A program made the translations under genes and the position numbers. From contig CAJINV010000004.1 in NCBI GenBank assembly GCA_905178155.1, forward strand, positions 3,691,320 through 3,755,319: a DNA stretch of 64,000 nt. The letters run 5' to 3'. Positions 1 to 12,741 of the stretch are shown piece after piece. Below the pieces are notes generated by a model that saw only the letters and a program-made list of their open reading frames with translations, was not told where the DNA came from and searched no databases. The stretch's first letter is position 1. Every line of letters begins with the position of its first letter. The stretch comes from Amoebophrya sp. A120. Its lineage: Eukaryota > Protista > Dinoflagellata.

Positions 1-2105
1 GACCGGTTCGCGGATGAGGAAATTCTTGACGTTGTGCCTGACACGTTGAGGAGTGAGGATCATGGGGGTCTGCTACATAAAGAACAGAGAATATTAGGCT
101 TTTCCGGAGGTAGATCTACTTCGTCACCGACAGCGGCGGGGGGTCAACATCAAATACAGCAGCAGCAGCAGCAAAGCCATTCTCCTTTCGCCGTGTCGAA
201 ACAGCTGCAGGCCGCGCTGGGCATGGTCCCCGGAGGAGTGAACTACTCTTCCAGAACAGCACCTCACCAGAAGCACGCGTTGCAAATCACCCAGGCGGAC
301 AACATTAAGGCTCTTCTGCACGACGAGTGCGCCCACGTGGAGCGCGCTCTGGCGATCTTGAATAACCCGGACGCGTGGGTGGACCCCAGGTATTCGAGCG
401 AACTTTACAAGAAGGCTCTCGAACAACCCGTCGAGATGTACAGCAGGGCCCACATTGCGGACTACGACGACGACGACTACGCGATGTCCGACGGGGATGC
501 GAATAGCAGTCCGAAGGTGACGAAGCAGTTCGGGAAATACGAGGATTTTGAGGACCCGATGTTTGATAACCTGTTCCAAGACGCCGCGATCGCCCGCACA
601 AGAACCACTTCCAGCCGGGGACAGCACTTCTCTCCGAAGAATTCGTCCGTAAAACAGAAGCAGAAGAACAAGCAAGTGTCGAAGAAACAGGTTCTCCTCG
701 GGGAGTCCCGCTGGCAATACTACGAACCCAACCCGGCCGCGCAGATGAAGTGGCGGCGGCACCCGGACACGGGAAAATTGGTCCCGTTACTGCCGTTCCA
801 GGACGGGTTTGCGGAGGGGGAAAGCAGTTATGTGGATTTGTTTACAGAGAACGGAACGGAGCTGGACAGAATAAGCCCAGAGCAGCACAAGCAGATGCAG
901 AGAAGTTTGTTAGAGGAAAACATCTCCAAGCAAATCAACTGGTTCGCGATGCAAAAGTACGCGCTGAAGCACTCACCAACCATGGAAAACGTGCACGCGA
1001 TCGAGAAAAGGTTGAAGTTAAAGCAGGACAAGCAGGCGCTAGCGCAGGAAAGGAGCGACTGGGAACAGAAATTACGGGAGAAGGACGAGGAACGAAAGGG
1101 AAAGTTAATCGTCACGCAGCAACACCAAATGCTGGGGCAGAAAAGTATAATTTATTTAGCTTGCGTTCATCTTTTGATTTGAAGGTTTGCATCTGCTTCT
1201 GGAATTTCTTTCAACATTATCAATGGCATGAGAGGACGACCCGCGGGGCGGTCCATTTTTTACGCATGAGAAGTTCTTTGTTGCGTTCTTTTGATAAACA
1301 TAATCGTCCTATGTGTTGACCTTAACCTTATTCCTGAGCAAACCTACGCCTACGTCCTGAATTTGAAACAAAATCTTCCAACAGGTGAGCGAAGTTTCGG
1401 CGTGGTGCCCACCCACACTCTCCCCGACGCGTTTACCGAGGCGACCTCCACGGGTGCTCCGGACACAAGGAAGGAGGCAGAGGAAAAGTACCGACTGACG
1501 GAGGCCAATGTCGTTTCGAAATACGGTGTCGAAAGCCTGGGGAAGCACGTTGGTGGAACAGAGGACGCCGGTTTTGACAAGCCAAAACAACCAGAAGTAC
1601 TTTTTTCTCACCTGCAAGATTTTTGAAGATGTTGTCGTCTATGACTGCATGATGAACTACAACACCTTGCGAAGAAAATAAGCTAAGCACTCCACTGTAG
1701 CAGGCACGTGTATCAATAATGCAGAAACTTCTTGATTCCTCGGAAACTACAATATCCTTATCTCAATAAAATAATCAGGTCTCCACCCTGTCTCGCAACA
1801 TCGCGAAGCTGTCCCACCGGATTGGCAAGTCGAGTCCGTATTTCAAGGAAAACGAACCGAAGGAAAAAGTGCTAAAGAAGTCCGCCACGCAGGTGATCAT
1901 GGAGAAAATGGAGCAACAGAGGAAGATCGAGGAAGCCAAGCCGCAGGTGGAGTACAAGACGGAGAAGTTTAACTTCACACTGGCGCTCGCGGGCAAAGTG
2001 ATCAGCACCACGCAAACCCTCACCACGGAAATCACCGGCACGGCGGCGCCGGGGGTTGCCGGAGCGAGCAGTGTTCCTGGATCTTCACCCTTGAAACAAG
2101 GATGA
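1..2105 (+). CDS. Hypothetical protein, 5'-truncated by the window; multi-exon (about 1-1143, 1330-1615, 1779-2105)
   Basis: ORF 34..1182 and downstream ORFs 1291..1626 and 1869..2105 have coding-like composition and are separated by AT-richer intron-like gaps. No family recognised. Confidence 0.55.
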
Positions 2106-2848
2106 AGAGAGCCTTCATCATAGCCTTAGCATATTAGCTGTACATGTACAACACATTCGCATATGCAAATGTTGACCATGAAAGCATTCACTTACAGCAA
2201 AGCATCGCATGCAATGGAATTCATTTTTTTTTTTACGCCATACACATACACTACAGAAGAAAAGAACTCGATTGTACACTAGCATACTGTCCAAGACCTT
2301 CTAGGAAGATCCCTTGGAAAAAATACGAGAGATAACACTCTTGTAACCAACAAGCGCCTACCCCACGAACTTTTGCGACATTCTTTCTATTGCCTGCACG
2401 ATACAATTTGAAACTCGTAGAGAATAACGGGAAAAGCAGTAGTAACTTGTGTTCTGTCGTAGTTCCTCGGCGTCAGGTGTAATTTTTAGCCCTACACCAA
2501 CATCGTGAAGAACTAGAACTACGATCGGTTTTTGCTTCGGTTTTGTTTTTTGTGGTTTCTTCATTTTTCTTGAATGCTGCACGATGAGATTCAAATCCAA
2601 ATGCATATGAGTGCGTTTTTTTTTTCAAATTTGTGTGCCGTACTGAAGGACGTCAAAGTAGTCAGTTAGTAGGTTTTATCAGACTCGTTTCATCGTGATT
2701 AAATAAAACGGATGCAGTCCTTGACGCCGCCTTTTTCATTTTGGTCCCTTATGTCTCCTACCCACGACAATTTTTGCTTTTCCGCAGGCATCAAACGTGT
2801 TTTTTTTTGAACATAATTTGGATTCGCACAGAAAACGGTAAAAATATC

Positions 2849-5800
2849 ATGTTGCAAGCAGCTCGGGCGTTCGGGACAACTGGCGGCCGGGGTCGTGGCG
2901 GCCATGGCTATCTTTCACAAAAGTGGACGGGTCGTCTTCCTATTTCGCCCGTGGCCGCTCTGTACAACCAGCACAACTACAGGCCTTTTTCATCTTCTGA
3001 GCAATCGGGAGGAGGCTCTAGTAGTAGTTCAGCATCTACTTCGTCAGGTTCGAGCACCACGACACGTCGTCCGCCGAAGATGCAGACCAAGCGGTCGAGT
3101 CAGGACCTGATTCGCGCCGTGTCCGAATCGCGCGAAAGCATCCAGCAGTACATTGCGGAGCAGAACGCCCTCCGCGCGGAGACGGACGAGAAGGCCAAGG
3201 CCCGGCTGTCCGCCAAGTTCCAGCGCGACTGGACGGAAAAGTGGGGCCGCCGTCCCTTTCAAGTCGTCGCACTGACCTGGACTTCCGGCGCGGCCGCACT
3301 CGTGTCCCTGGCCGGCTGGACGCCACTGCACTTGGTGCCGCCGTTTGTGTTCGCGTATATCGGGGTCCGAGACATGTACTCGCACCGAACCATGCAAAGG
3401 AACTTCCCCGGGCTCGTGTGGATCCGGTATTGAGTTGTGGACTAGCTGCTGGATAAGTTTTAGCAATAGCAATCTGTAGTTGTGATTTTTCTTTCCCAAT
3501 CCCACTCTCGAAACTCCTTGGCATCTTCTTCACGTACTACTGCCTGGGCTGCAGTAGACAGATGCTCATCACAAAGGAAAACAATTCATCCACAAACTTC
3601 CAGGTATTTCTTCGAATCCATCCGACCGGAAATCCGCCAGTACTTTGTGGAATCCGACCACGAGATGACGCCCTTCGCCCGGAAACACCGCAGCCTGGTG
3701 TACCAGCGGGCGAAGACCCGTGGGGAGTCGAACCCCTTCGGGACGCTAAACGACATCTACGCGAGCGGGTACGAGTGGGTGAACCACAGTAATCTCGGTG
3801 CGCAGCATTTGGACACGAGAGTCGTCGGTCGGACGGTGATCGGGGAAAACGCGAGAGATGTGGAGCCCTACTCCGTGTCCCGGCTAAACATCAGCGGCAT
3901 GAGCTACGGCGCGCTCTCCTCCGCCGCGGTGCAGGCGTTGAACAAGGGCGCGAAGATGGGCAACTTCTACCACAACACTGGGGAGGGCAGTATCAGTGAC
4001 CATCACCGGTTGTATGGCGCGGACGTCGTGTGGAACGTGGGGACTGGGTATTTTGGCTGCCGCGATCTGGCCACCGGCAGGTTCAGCGAGGAAAAGTTTC
4101 TGGACTCGTTGGCGAAAACCCCGGGCGTGCGGATGATCGAGCTGAAATTGTCCCAGGGGGCCAAGCCCGGGCACGGCGGGATCATGCCGGCCGCGAAGCT
4201 GACGGCCGAGATCGCCGCGATCCGCGGCGTGAAGATGGGCGAGGACTGCGTGTCGCCCCCGTGGCACGCGGAGTTCGTCGGACCGACGGGATTGGTGCAG
4301 TTCCTGATGAAGCTGAGAAAATTGTCGAAAAAACCGACCGGTTTCAAACTCTGCGTCGGCAACCGGGTGGAGGCCGCCGCCATCGTGAAGGCGCTGCAGC
4401 TATGCCTTGCAAATATGTCTGGGTCTGGAAGGATACAACTTGTGATGTTACGTCTGGACTCTGCATAAAATCTGTATTGCGTGAAGAGCAAAATAGGCCC
4501 AATTTTTGCTACGCAGAGAGGGCATTTCTCATGCTGTATGATCATCAGAAAGCCCCCCTCGCAGAATCTGTGATGCTAAGGCATGCATCACAGACATCAT
4601 GGGTCATGGAAAATATGCATGACAGGCCTGGCAATCTTCCAGACCCAGACATTTTTGCAGCTCATAACAGCTGGAGTTCGCGAAGGGCAACCAGCCGATC
4701 GACTTTGTCACCATTGACGGCGGCGAGGGGGGCACCGGTGCGGCGCCGGTGGAATTCTCCGACCGGGTCGGGGCGCCTTTGCGGGACGGCCTGATTTTCA
4801 TGGACGACTTGCTCACTGGCGCGGGGATCCGGGATGACGTGAAGATCATCGCCAGCGGGAAAATCATGGACGGCTTTTCCATGATTCGGGCACTGTCCCT
4901 GGGTGCGGACTATGAACTGCAAAAGTATCGTACTCGTATAAATGCATGACAAATTTCCTCAGCATGAGAGATAAAATTTGTAATGCGGATTTACCTAAAA
5001 AAAAGAATTTGTAATGCATGATTGCAATTATACGAGTACGATACTTTTGCACAGGATACGGACGTGTGTAACTCCGCGCGGGGGTTCATGATGTCGCTCG
5101 GCTGCATTCAGGCCTTGAAGTGCAACACCAACCACTGTATCAGCTGCAAATATGTCTGGGTCTGAAAGGGTGCAACTTGTCATGTTTAGTCTGTATCATG
5201 CAAAAATCTGTGTTGCATGATTACCAAAAAGTGTCCATTTCTGACCAATCTGAGAGTGAGTTTCTCATGCAGGATAGGCATGATACAGATCTCACAGAAT
5301 CTGTCATGCTAGATCCTGCATTCCAGACCTCATGTGTCGTTTTGAACCTGCATGAGAAGCCTTGTACTCTTCCAGACCCAGACATATTTGCATCTGATAC
5401 ACTGCCCCACTGGCATCACGACGAGCGACCCAACGCTGATCGCCGGATTGGACATTCCGACGAAGGTATCCCACGAAAATAAAACTGTTTCACTGTGGTG
5501 ATTTTATCGCTTTGGTTTTCTATGATGTGCAAGATCTGCATCACAAGTTTCTTACGCATGACACGGAAGATTTGCCATGCGTGCATTTCCCATATGGAAA
5601 AACACGGTTAAAACTCCAATGTTCTCCTATGCAGGTGTAGCAAGACAAACACTTTGGTGCTTCGTTCTCTGCGTCATAAGTTCACAGCGAAACAGTTTTT
5701 CCTTGCGATAGAAGGCGGAACGGGTCCGCGCCTACCACGAGAACACGCTGCTCTCCTTCACGGAGTTGCTCGGGGCGACGGGCTGTAGTGATCCCGACCA

Positions 5801-6053
5801 GCTGCGACGGGTGCACATCATGCGGCGCGGGGTAAGCATGAAGGTGGAAACTTATGCGGAGATCTACCCGGAGTTGGAGAGTGGTTGTTTGCTTGAGGGT
5901 GCTGGACCAAAGCAGTTGCAGTACTTCTGGGACTCGGCGGAACTGTTCGGGGGTTTGTCACCGCCGATCGATTCTGAGAACGGGGAGGAGGTCCTGGAGG
6001 ACGCAGCGAGCCTGCGGAGTTACGCCGAACGGGCTTACAGTCACATGCCGTGA
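2849..6053 (+). CDS. FMN-binding glutamate synthase family protein (GltB2/YerD-like, conserved Glu_synthase region) with a mitochondrial-presequence-like N-terminus
   Basis: The reconstructed protein has the motifs ISGMSYGALS, HNTGEG, IELKLSQGAKPGHGG, DFVTIDGGEGGTGAAP and LGADVCNSARGFMMSLGCIQALKCNTNHCPTGITT. It has one canonical GT-AG intron (3427-3603) and four introner insertions whose removal joins these motifs in frame. Confidence 0.92.
4401..4666. mobile_element. Introner, TIR family A (TGTCTGGGTCTGGAA), non-canonical intron
   Basis: TATG...CATA ends with ~30-bp TIRs. Flanking repeat is GCAGC/ACAGC (1 mismatch). Removal gives KALQ-LEFAKGNQPIDFVTIDGGEGG. Confidence 0.9.
4911..5058. mobile_element. 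Introner, TIR family B (TGCAAAAGTATCGTACTCGTA)
   Basis: TATG...GATA ends with 5-bp direct repeat CGGAC. Removal gives LGAD-VCNSARG. Confidence 0.92.
5138..5399. mobile_element. Introner, family A
   Basis: TATC...GATA ends with direct repeat CACTG. Removal gives CNTNHC-PTGITT. Confidence 0.93.
5467..5710. mobile_element. Introner, TIR family C (AAAACTGTTTCACTGT)
   Basis: TATC...GATA ends with direct repeat GAAGG. Removal gives PTK-AERVRAYH. It can be read as GT-AG (5466-5714). Confidence 0.92.
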
Positions 6054-7094
6054 CGAGCAGGTGTAGTATTGGAGGTTGCGAGGGTCGTGGGGTGGTTTTT
6101 TCAGGGTATGGGTTTGTAGAATTTTTTGATTGCAGTGGTCTAGTTCTCGTCTTTACAGTTTGAATAGTTTCATGATTTGTGTAGTTCAGGATCGCACTTG
6201 ATGATGTTCCTGAGCGAAGTGTAGAATACGAGCTGGAAAATGAAAAGAATTCTTTCGCGTAGAAAAATGTGTACCTAAATCAGATGCTTTGGCGTTTATA
6301 GTTTTTTTTGTGGTAGGATGCCTGCAATGTTAGACAGCATCGGAGCATCAGCACTGATGGTTGGTTTGCGAATTACTGCGTTTTCCCTATGTTCTTTTGC
6401 GTTGCAATGCCTGGCATTTTCGCTTCCTACCAGTCGAGTAGCTTGATTTGTTGTCCGAAACAGCTCGAAATGCTGGGGCCCACTTCGCAAATTTCGGTCT
6501 GGCGCGTCAGCGATGTCGGGTTTAATAAACTTTAAAACTAGTTGTAGTTGGGCTGAAGTCGGTGAAAAATTAGAATGAGCGCCTGCCTGTGAGCACTGTC
6601 GGTCATCTGATACTCAGTCTAATTTCGGTTGTCGTGTGGTAGAATCTCGGCGTGCTGCCTGTCTAGCGGAAGCGCTATTTGTACTCCTTTTCGCCTTGGC
6701 GCATTTGGAGAAAAGTACTTGCAAGAAGAGCACAAGTCGTGTGTGCGAAAAACAGGAAAAGCCTAAGGAGCCCCCGCCTCCAGCTTCGTTCAGTAGCTTT
6801 TCTGACATAACTCAGGTTTGGTTGTAAAAGTACTAGAGAAAGTAGAAAGCAAAAGTCCTCGCCGCGCTCCTACGTTAGGGCAACACTTCGAGCACGAAGG
6901 AAGTGCGCTCCTTGCCAATGAAGACCAACAAAATGCTCGCCACGGCCGCGACCTTCCTGGTTCTTGCCGGCGAAAAATACTCCGGCGGTTATTTTTCTCC
7001 GTTGGGAGTGGCGGGAGTGAGCGTGTCCACTCTGGTGCACAACACGAAGAAGAAGCAAGAGCTCAGTGACGCGCCCGATGGTGGAAATGGGCCA

Positions 7095-7185
7095 GCGGGT
7101 GCTGGGGAGAAAACTACGAAAGAAGCTGCTGGTGCTGGTGAGAAAACTACGAAAGAAGCTGGTGGCGAAGAAGCTGCTGGTGAGA
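7095..7185 (+). repeat. 33-bp coding tandem repeat (about 2.5 copies)
   Basis: GGTGCTGG(G/T)GAGAAAACTACGAAAGAAGCTG occurs twice, followed by a partial copy. Confidence 0.75.
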
Positions 7186-7405
7186 TGAAAATATACGAAA
7201 ATGGGCTCTGAGCCTGTGCAGGTGACGGACTGCAGGGACTTGGATGAGAAGGTCGGGTTGTTCAAAAAGATTGTTTATCCTGAGCTTTGTTGGCTTGATA
7301 TGTATGCCGACATCCGGAAGAAGGCGCAGGAATGCGAGCGCGCAGTTGACAATCAGGGGAACCAATGCTACTTGTGGATAGCCCAAGGCGGCGACGCCAC
7401 CGATC

Positions 7406-7667
7406 TATCAAATGTAAAAATGTCTGGGTCTGGAAGAATGCAAGATTTGTGATGCAGGTTTTCCATGACCCATGAGGTCTGGAATGCGAGACCCAGCATG
7501 ACAGATTTTGTGAGGTCTCTATCATGCCTTTCCTGCATGAGAAACTCCCTCGCAACTTGGTCAAAGGCGGACAGCTCTTGGTACTCACGCAACACAGATT
7601 TTTGCATCATTCAGATTTAGCATGACAAGTTCTAACCTTCCAGACCCAGACACTTTTACATTTGATA
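7406..7667. mobile_element. Introner, family A, in opposite orientation to 5138-5399
   Basis: TATC...GATA ends with direct repeat CGATC. The interior is a reverse-complement relative of 5138-5399. Confidence 0.9.
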
Positions 7668-9115
7668 CGATCTGCGCTGCCGCAAAACAGGGGAGGACAC
7701 GGGTTTGGGTTCGATTGCGATCATCTCAAAAGTAAAAATGTCTGGGTCCTCTGGAAACTTGTGATGCTAGGTGGCGTCTCATGATGAGGCTACAAATGCT
7801 GGCTCAGCATGACAAGTTTCTGAGCTCCTCGGTGTTGCCTATTCTGCATAACAAACTGCGCTTCTCCAGGTCCCGGCGTGGTGCTGGGACCCCACGGTGC
7901 TGGCCACGTGGGAAGTTCATCCTATCTGCTGGAAGACGGGACTTCCAGCATAAGGCTGGCCGAGCACATCAGTTATGAGTGGCAGTAGTGCTGCGGGCAC
8001 ATAAATAAAATTGCCGGGGGGCACGTCTCGTCTCAAAGATGTTGAAAAGCTGAGAGGAAGCGCACAGCACCCGATCATGGTGCTTCGAGTCCGAACCGTC
8101 TGGAAAGGAACAACAAAACAAGGATCCTACTCTTCTGGTAGATTCCAAGCTACAGCTACATGATGCCTTACGCCGAAGACTGAAAGAGCCTATTAGTTCG
8201 CATACTATCTACTTTACTTTGACTTTGAGCTACGTCTGCCGTGCTAAACATATTCTCGACAACATGATATAAAGTATGGACTCGGCACAATTTTAATCAA
8301 GAAAAACGCAACCAAGTTATCTTTCATACGCCTATCGAGACGCAATGGAGGCGTCACCTTCGTTGCGCCAGTAGTAGCTACTTCTAGCTGCACCTCGTCC
8401 GAGGAAATCGAAGCGTCTTCATTTTGGGCTTCCTTGATTTCACTGTAATCAGTAGTACTAGAGACATCGTTTACAATTTTTGAAGTTTGGCATCAAGTTC
8501 GCAAGCGCGGCGGAACCATTGTATTTTGAAGCTTTGCGAACAAGATGAATTGCAAACAAAATTTTGAACTCTCGCGATTCTCTTTCTTTTCTAGCCAGCG
8601 TAGGGGCTTGCGTTGCTTACAACCGACTGGATTTATTGAGACATAGAAAGATGGAAATAACCCACCGGACTTTCATCGCGACAGGATGTACTATATTGGT
8701 CACAAAATGAAAATGATCTTCAAGCATTGCCATCGGCAGCCGATGGCCATCCTTGAAGATCGATCCTGAAACTGAAAGTAGCTGCGCACATCCGCTGAAC
8801 CTGAAAGTAGAACTATGAAGATCCTGCCTACTTGAGAAGTTGTGTTTGTTTCTACGCCCTTCCATGGTTGTTGGCGCCACGTCATCGAGAGTCTGATGTG
8901 CAAAGAGTGAGTTTTCGGACCCATCACACTATGAACAAGGTTGAGCTGAATTAGATGCAAGTAGAGATGATCCAAACTCAGTATTAGTTGTCCTTCAGAA
9001 GTTATAAGAACTCGTTTGCGTAGCCGTATGAAAATCCGCTGGCAAGAGCAGTAGACATCAAACCATCTTGTTTATTTGTTTTGCGGGATCGATAGAAGAA
9101 CAAAGCATTATCATA

Positions 9116-12100
9116 ATGACATCCTCCTGCAAGAACCCACACAGCCTGAAGCCCCCAACAGCCTACGGGATCGACATGAACGTGGTGAAATCCTTTTTCG
9201 AGGAGAAAATCCCTTCTAAATACACCGACTTTCCCCGCAGGAACTACCGGCCCCAGCAGGAAGTGAAATCAAAATCCGGAACTTCTGCCACTGCGGGCTT
9301 TTTTTCGCGACAGCAGGCGGGCGGCTCCTCCTCCAGCAGCGCCACGACGACCACGTCACAGGCTGGGGCGAGCGGCGTGGCCGGGTCTTCGTCCAAGCCG
9401 CTGGCGTCGCCTAATGCGAAGAATTACGTGAAGGCGGAATTCACGCCTAGTCCCAGCCCGCGGACGGACGACGAAAAGGAAACTGCTAATTTGTCGATCT
9501 CCAAACCGTCGAGCGCCGCGAGTTTTGTCTTCTCCCCGCAATCTGGGCTGTCGCCGGCGAGTGTGACGAGGTCACCAAGGACGATGGGTGGCGCGCTGGG
9601 GTTCAACCAAGCTTCTACTACAGGAGCACGGGACGGCAGTAAGACTTCTTCCCTCGCGTCGAACCCGTTCGCTTCGCCAGCGGGCGGAACGACTGCACAG
9701 CCGAGAGGTTCATCCGTGTCGCGGACCGCTTCGCCCTTCACGCCGCGCATGGTGACGATGTCGCCTGAAGTGATGGTTTTGCAGCAATTGCAGAAAGACT
9801 TGTCCAAGTGGCATTTGTACCACGAAATGCGGGTATAGTCGGATTTTTTCAGTTCGGAATACCGAATGATAGCTCTTCGCATGCTGTTGTGTGCATTACA
9901 AATCGTATTCTTCATGATCACTCGCACATAATAGAAATTCCAACATTATCATCTACAACCCCAGACACGCGGCCTGACCGTGAACGAGAACCAGCTTCCG
10001 ACTGTGAACGAGCTCGGGGGACAGAATCGGTTGATGGACATGATGAAGAAAGCGTATTGGGACGTGTGCAAAGAGCAGTTACTAGCCGCGGGTGATGATC
10101 AAGACCCTGCGTCCGACAGCACTTCCACCGCCGCAAAGAGCACCGGCTTCGACAAGGTTGTCGAGCAGCTGGAGCAGATCATCCACCGCATGGCGAAGTA
10201 CTTCGAGCGCTCGCCGACGCGGAAACAGAAGTTCCTCCAGGAGGGGGTGGACATTGCTCTGGTGAAGCAAATGATCCGGAACCGCGCTTACGACGCCGAG
10301 GCGTTTGGACAAACCTTGCGCCAGCTGGTCTACATGCTATCGCAGCTCGAATCCCCGCACCAAGCGGGAGAGACGAGACGGCACTTTTTTGAAAACGAGG
10401 AAACGAAGGTGTTTGAGGTTATACTAGGCGGGAATTCAAATTCATTCAGTGATAAATCATCTACCACTGCTGCACAGACCGCTCAGGTGAGTGAATCCGG
10501 TTCATCTTCCACGACTGTTGGGGTCCTGCAGGCGATCGCGACCGACCGCCTCCGGTTCGCGACGGCGGTGGTAGACGCGCTGCGGTACGTGCAACACAAG
10601 TTGGACGTGCTGCAGAGCGAAACGGAGAACTTTTACCTCTCCATGCTGCCCCAGGAGGAACGGTTGAAGCTCGAGAAAAACCAGTTCTGGACCATGGTCG
10701 CGAAATACCACGGGCACGCCTGGATGCAGGACAAAGCCATGATCGAGTACTTGGCGCAGCAGAAAATAAATTCGTCGCCCACGAAAACGGTGATAACTAC
10801 AGCATCTACTACGAAAAATGCAGACGAAGGAACAAATTCATCCACAACAACCGGATCGCCCACAAAAGAACCCACTTTCGAGACCCCAGCGCAGCTTCTA
10901 GACTACTTGATCGATCAGCTGCTCGCGAAGAACACGCCGGTGACGGACGACGACCTGTTCCTCCCCCTGCGCGTGTCCATGAAACAAATCCATGCCTTGC
11001 AGGATTCGTTGCAGTTGTGCTGTCTGCTCGGCGTCGTGGCGTTGACCGTCGTTCCGGTGCTTTCTAGTGGTACTTCTCCTGGCAGTGGTGCGGGAGCTGC
11101 AACAGCCACCGCCAGTACAACAACCAGCGCAGGAGCAGGTGGAACCCAAAAATCCTTCACGAAGCAGGAGCTGGATCTGTTTTTCACCGACGTACGGCAT
11201 TCGTTGATGAAGCAGGACCTTGGCCGCAGTGGTTTTTTCGGGGATCTGGAGACGGGTTTGCTGAGGCTGGTCGAGAAGAAGGAGGGACAAGCGTTTGACA
11301 AATCAGTCATCAAGCCGAAGATCGACCAGATCGTCGCACAGCTGGAGACCATCACCGCGAAAGGCAGCGGCGCACCGATTTACCAGGTTTTATTCGCGAG
11401 AATTCGGACCGCACTACTCACTTCAACTGCTTCAGGTGCGGTAGGAAATGAAGGTGAGACAATGGTAAAAACTGCGGATGAAGGAGCGTCACCTGCAAAT
11501 CGAAGTAGTTGTGCAGATGAGCGTGGTCTGCGTGTCACCAGTGCGGTTTCCTCCGCGAAAAAGGTGACTCCGCTGACCGTGAACGCCCCCGCCGGGAAAC
11601 AGCCGCAGCATCCCGGACAGCAAGCCTCGTCTGCGGCGCCGTCCGCTTCCGCGGCCTCTTCCCGGGGCGGCGTAACCAGGCCTGCGGGCGCGGAGGTCAT
11701 GGCTGCAGCGCCGGTTTCAGGGAGTGGGGAGGTCGCGGGGGAGCCCACGGTATTGATTTAAGTAAACTTGTTTCCTCTTTTGTTTGTATGAAACTGAATA
11801 ACAAGGACAGTTTCGAGCTATCTTTTGACTGCGCGCTGTTCTACTTAGTTCCACCGGTGGACGCACAAAAATCGCAAAATTTCGAATCCGTGTCCATTTC
11901 CAGGCCTTCTTTCCTCTTCGGCCGTTTACGCGCGACAGCTCGCTGGGCGACAAGCCGTGGTATTTGTGCTTCGCGGCGACGGCGCTGCGCGAGGTGGAAA
12001 TCGGGATTGCGGAGTGTGTGGGACGGAGTTGGCTCTGCTACGAGCAGTACTACAAGTATCCACCGAAGGAGTTGCGAAATCTCGAAATCCTTCAGCAACA

Positions 12101-12143
12101 GGCAAGTAGAACAGCATCGTCTTCGCCGCATAGGACGGCTTGA
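9116..12143 (+). CDS. T-complex protein 11 (TCP11/SOK1)-like protein
   Basis: MKKAYWDVCKEQL...VDIALVKQMIRNRAYD...LSQLESP resembles the TCP11 family core. Exons are about 9116-9832, 9966-11749 and 11903-12143, with GT-AG introns. Confidence 0.6.
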
Positions 12144-12741
12144 GCAGGAAGGCGTTTCTTACGCAAGAAACGAGTGGGCAATCAAAAGGACGTATGCTCT
12201 ACCGAAATTTGACGAAACACGAACATTCCGGCTACTTGAAAGAGTTCCGCGCCGTCGTGTTTTTCAACATACGAGTAGTTCAAATTCATGCATGATTTGT
12301 TGGCTTCGATTCTCGATGTAGTAATCAGGCACTAGTACCAAACCACCACACTCTTGTGTAATCGGTTCTCAACACAAGCAAACGGTTCATTCGGTCTGAC
12401 GAATTCCGAAAGACGAGGTCTGTTTTGATCCAACAGCAGCATCTTTACTGCATCACGACGCAAGAACATCTCACCTAACCTGAGTTTTTTCGAGTTCCTT
12501 GTGATAGATACATCAGAAAACGCTCCTTTAGTAGGAAGTTCACGTTCAAATCCAATTCATTGCCATTTTGTTAGGAGGAGCATCACAGTGGCCTTTCCTA
12601 TTCGGCGCACCGCGCGAAAGGAGTTGATCGACTTGAACTGCGATACTGAAGATACTACTAACTTTTACACATTATTCCAGTACTAGCTTGCCCTTCACTT
12701 CTCTACTTTTTTGAGAACACCAGCAGCACGTAAGGGAAAAA

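Larger units (their letters stand above)
6918..7760 (+). pseudogene. Possible secreted or low-complexity protein gene, apparently frameshifted near 7190
   Basis: ORF 6903..7211 has a hydrophobic N-terminus and AAGAGEKTTKE repeats. It overlaps ORF 7201.. in another frame, which continues across introner 7406-7667 into a decayed element. Confidence 0.3.

Noticed and set aside
4401-5710. CRISPR-like array of repeats with spacers
   Set aside because: The repeats are inverted pairs around ~200-bp interiors and are separated by exons. There is no direct-repeat periodicity, no cas genes, and the context is eukaryotic.
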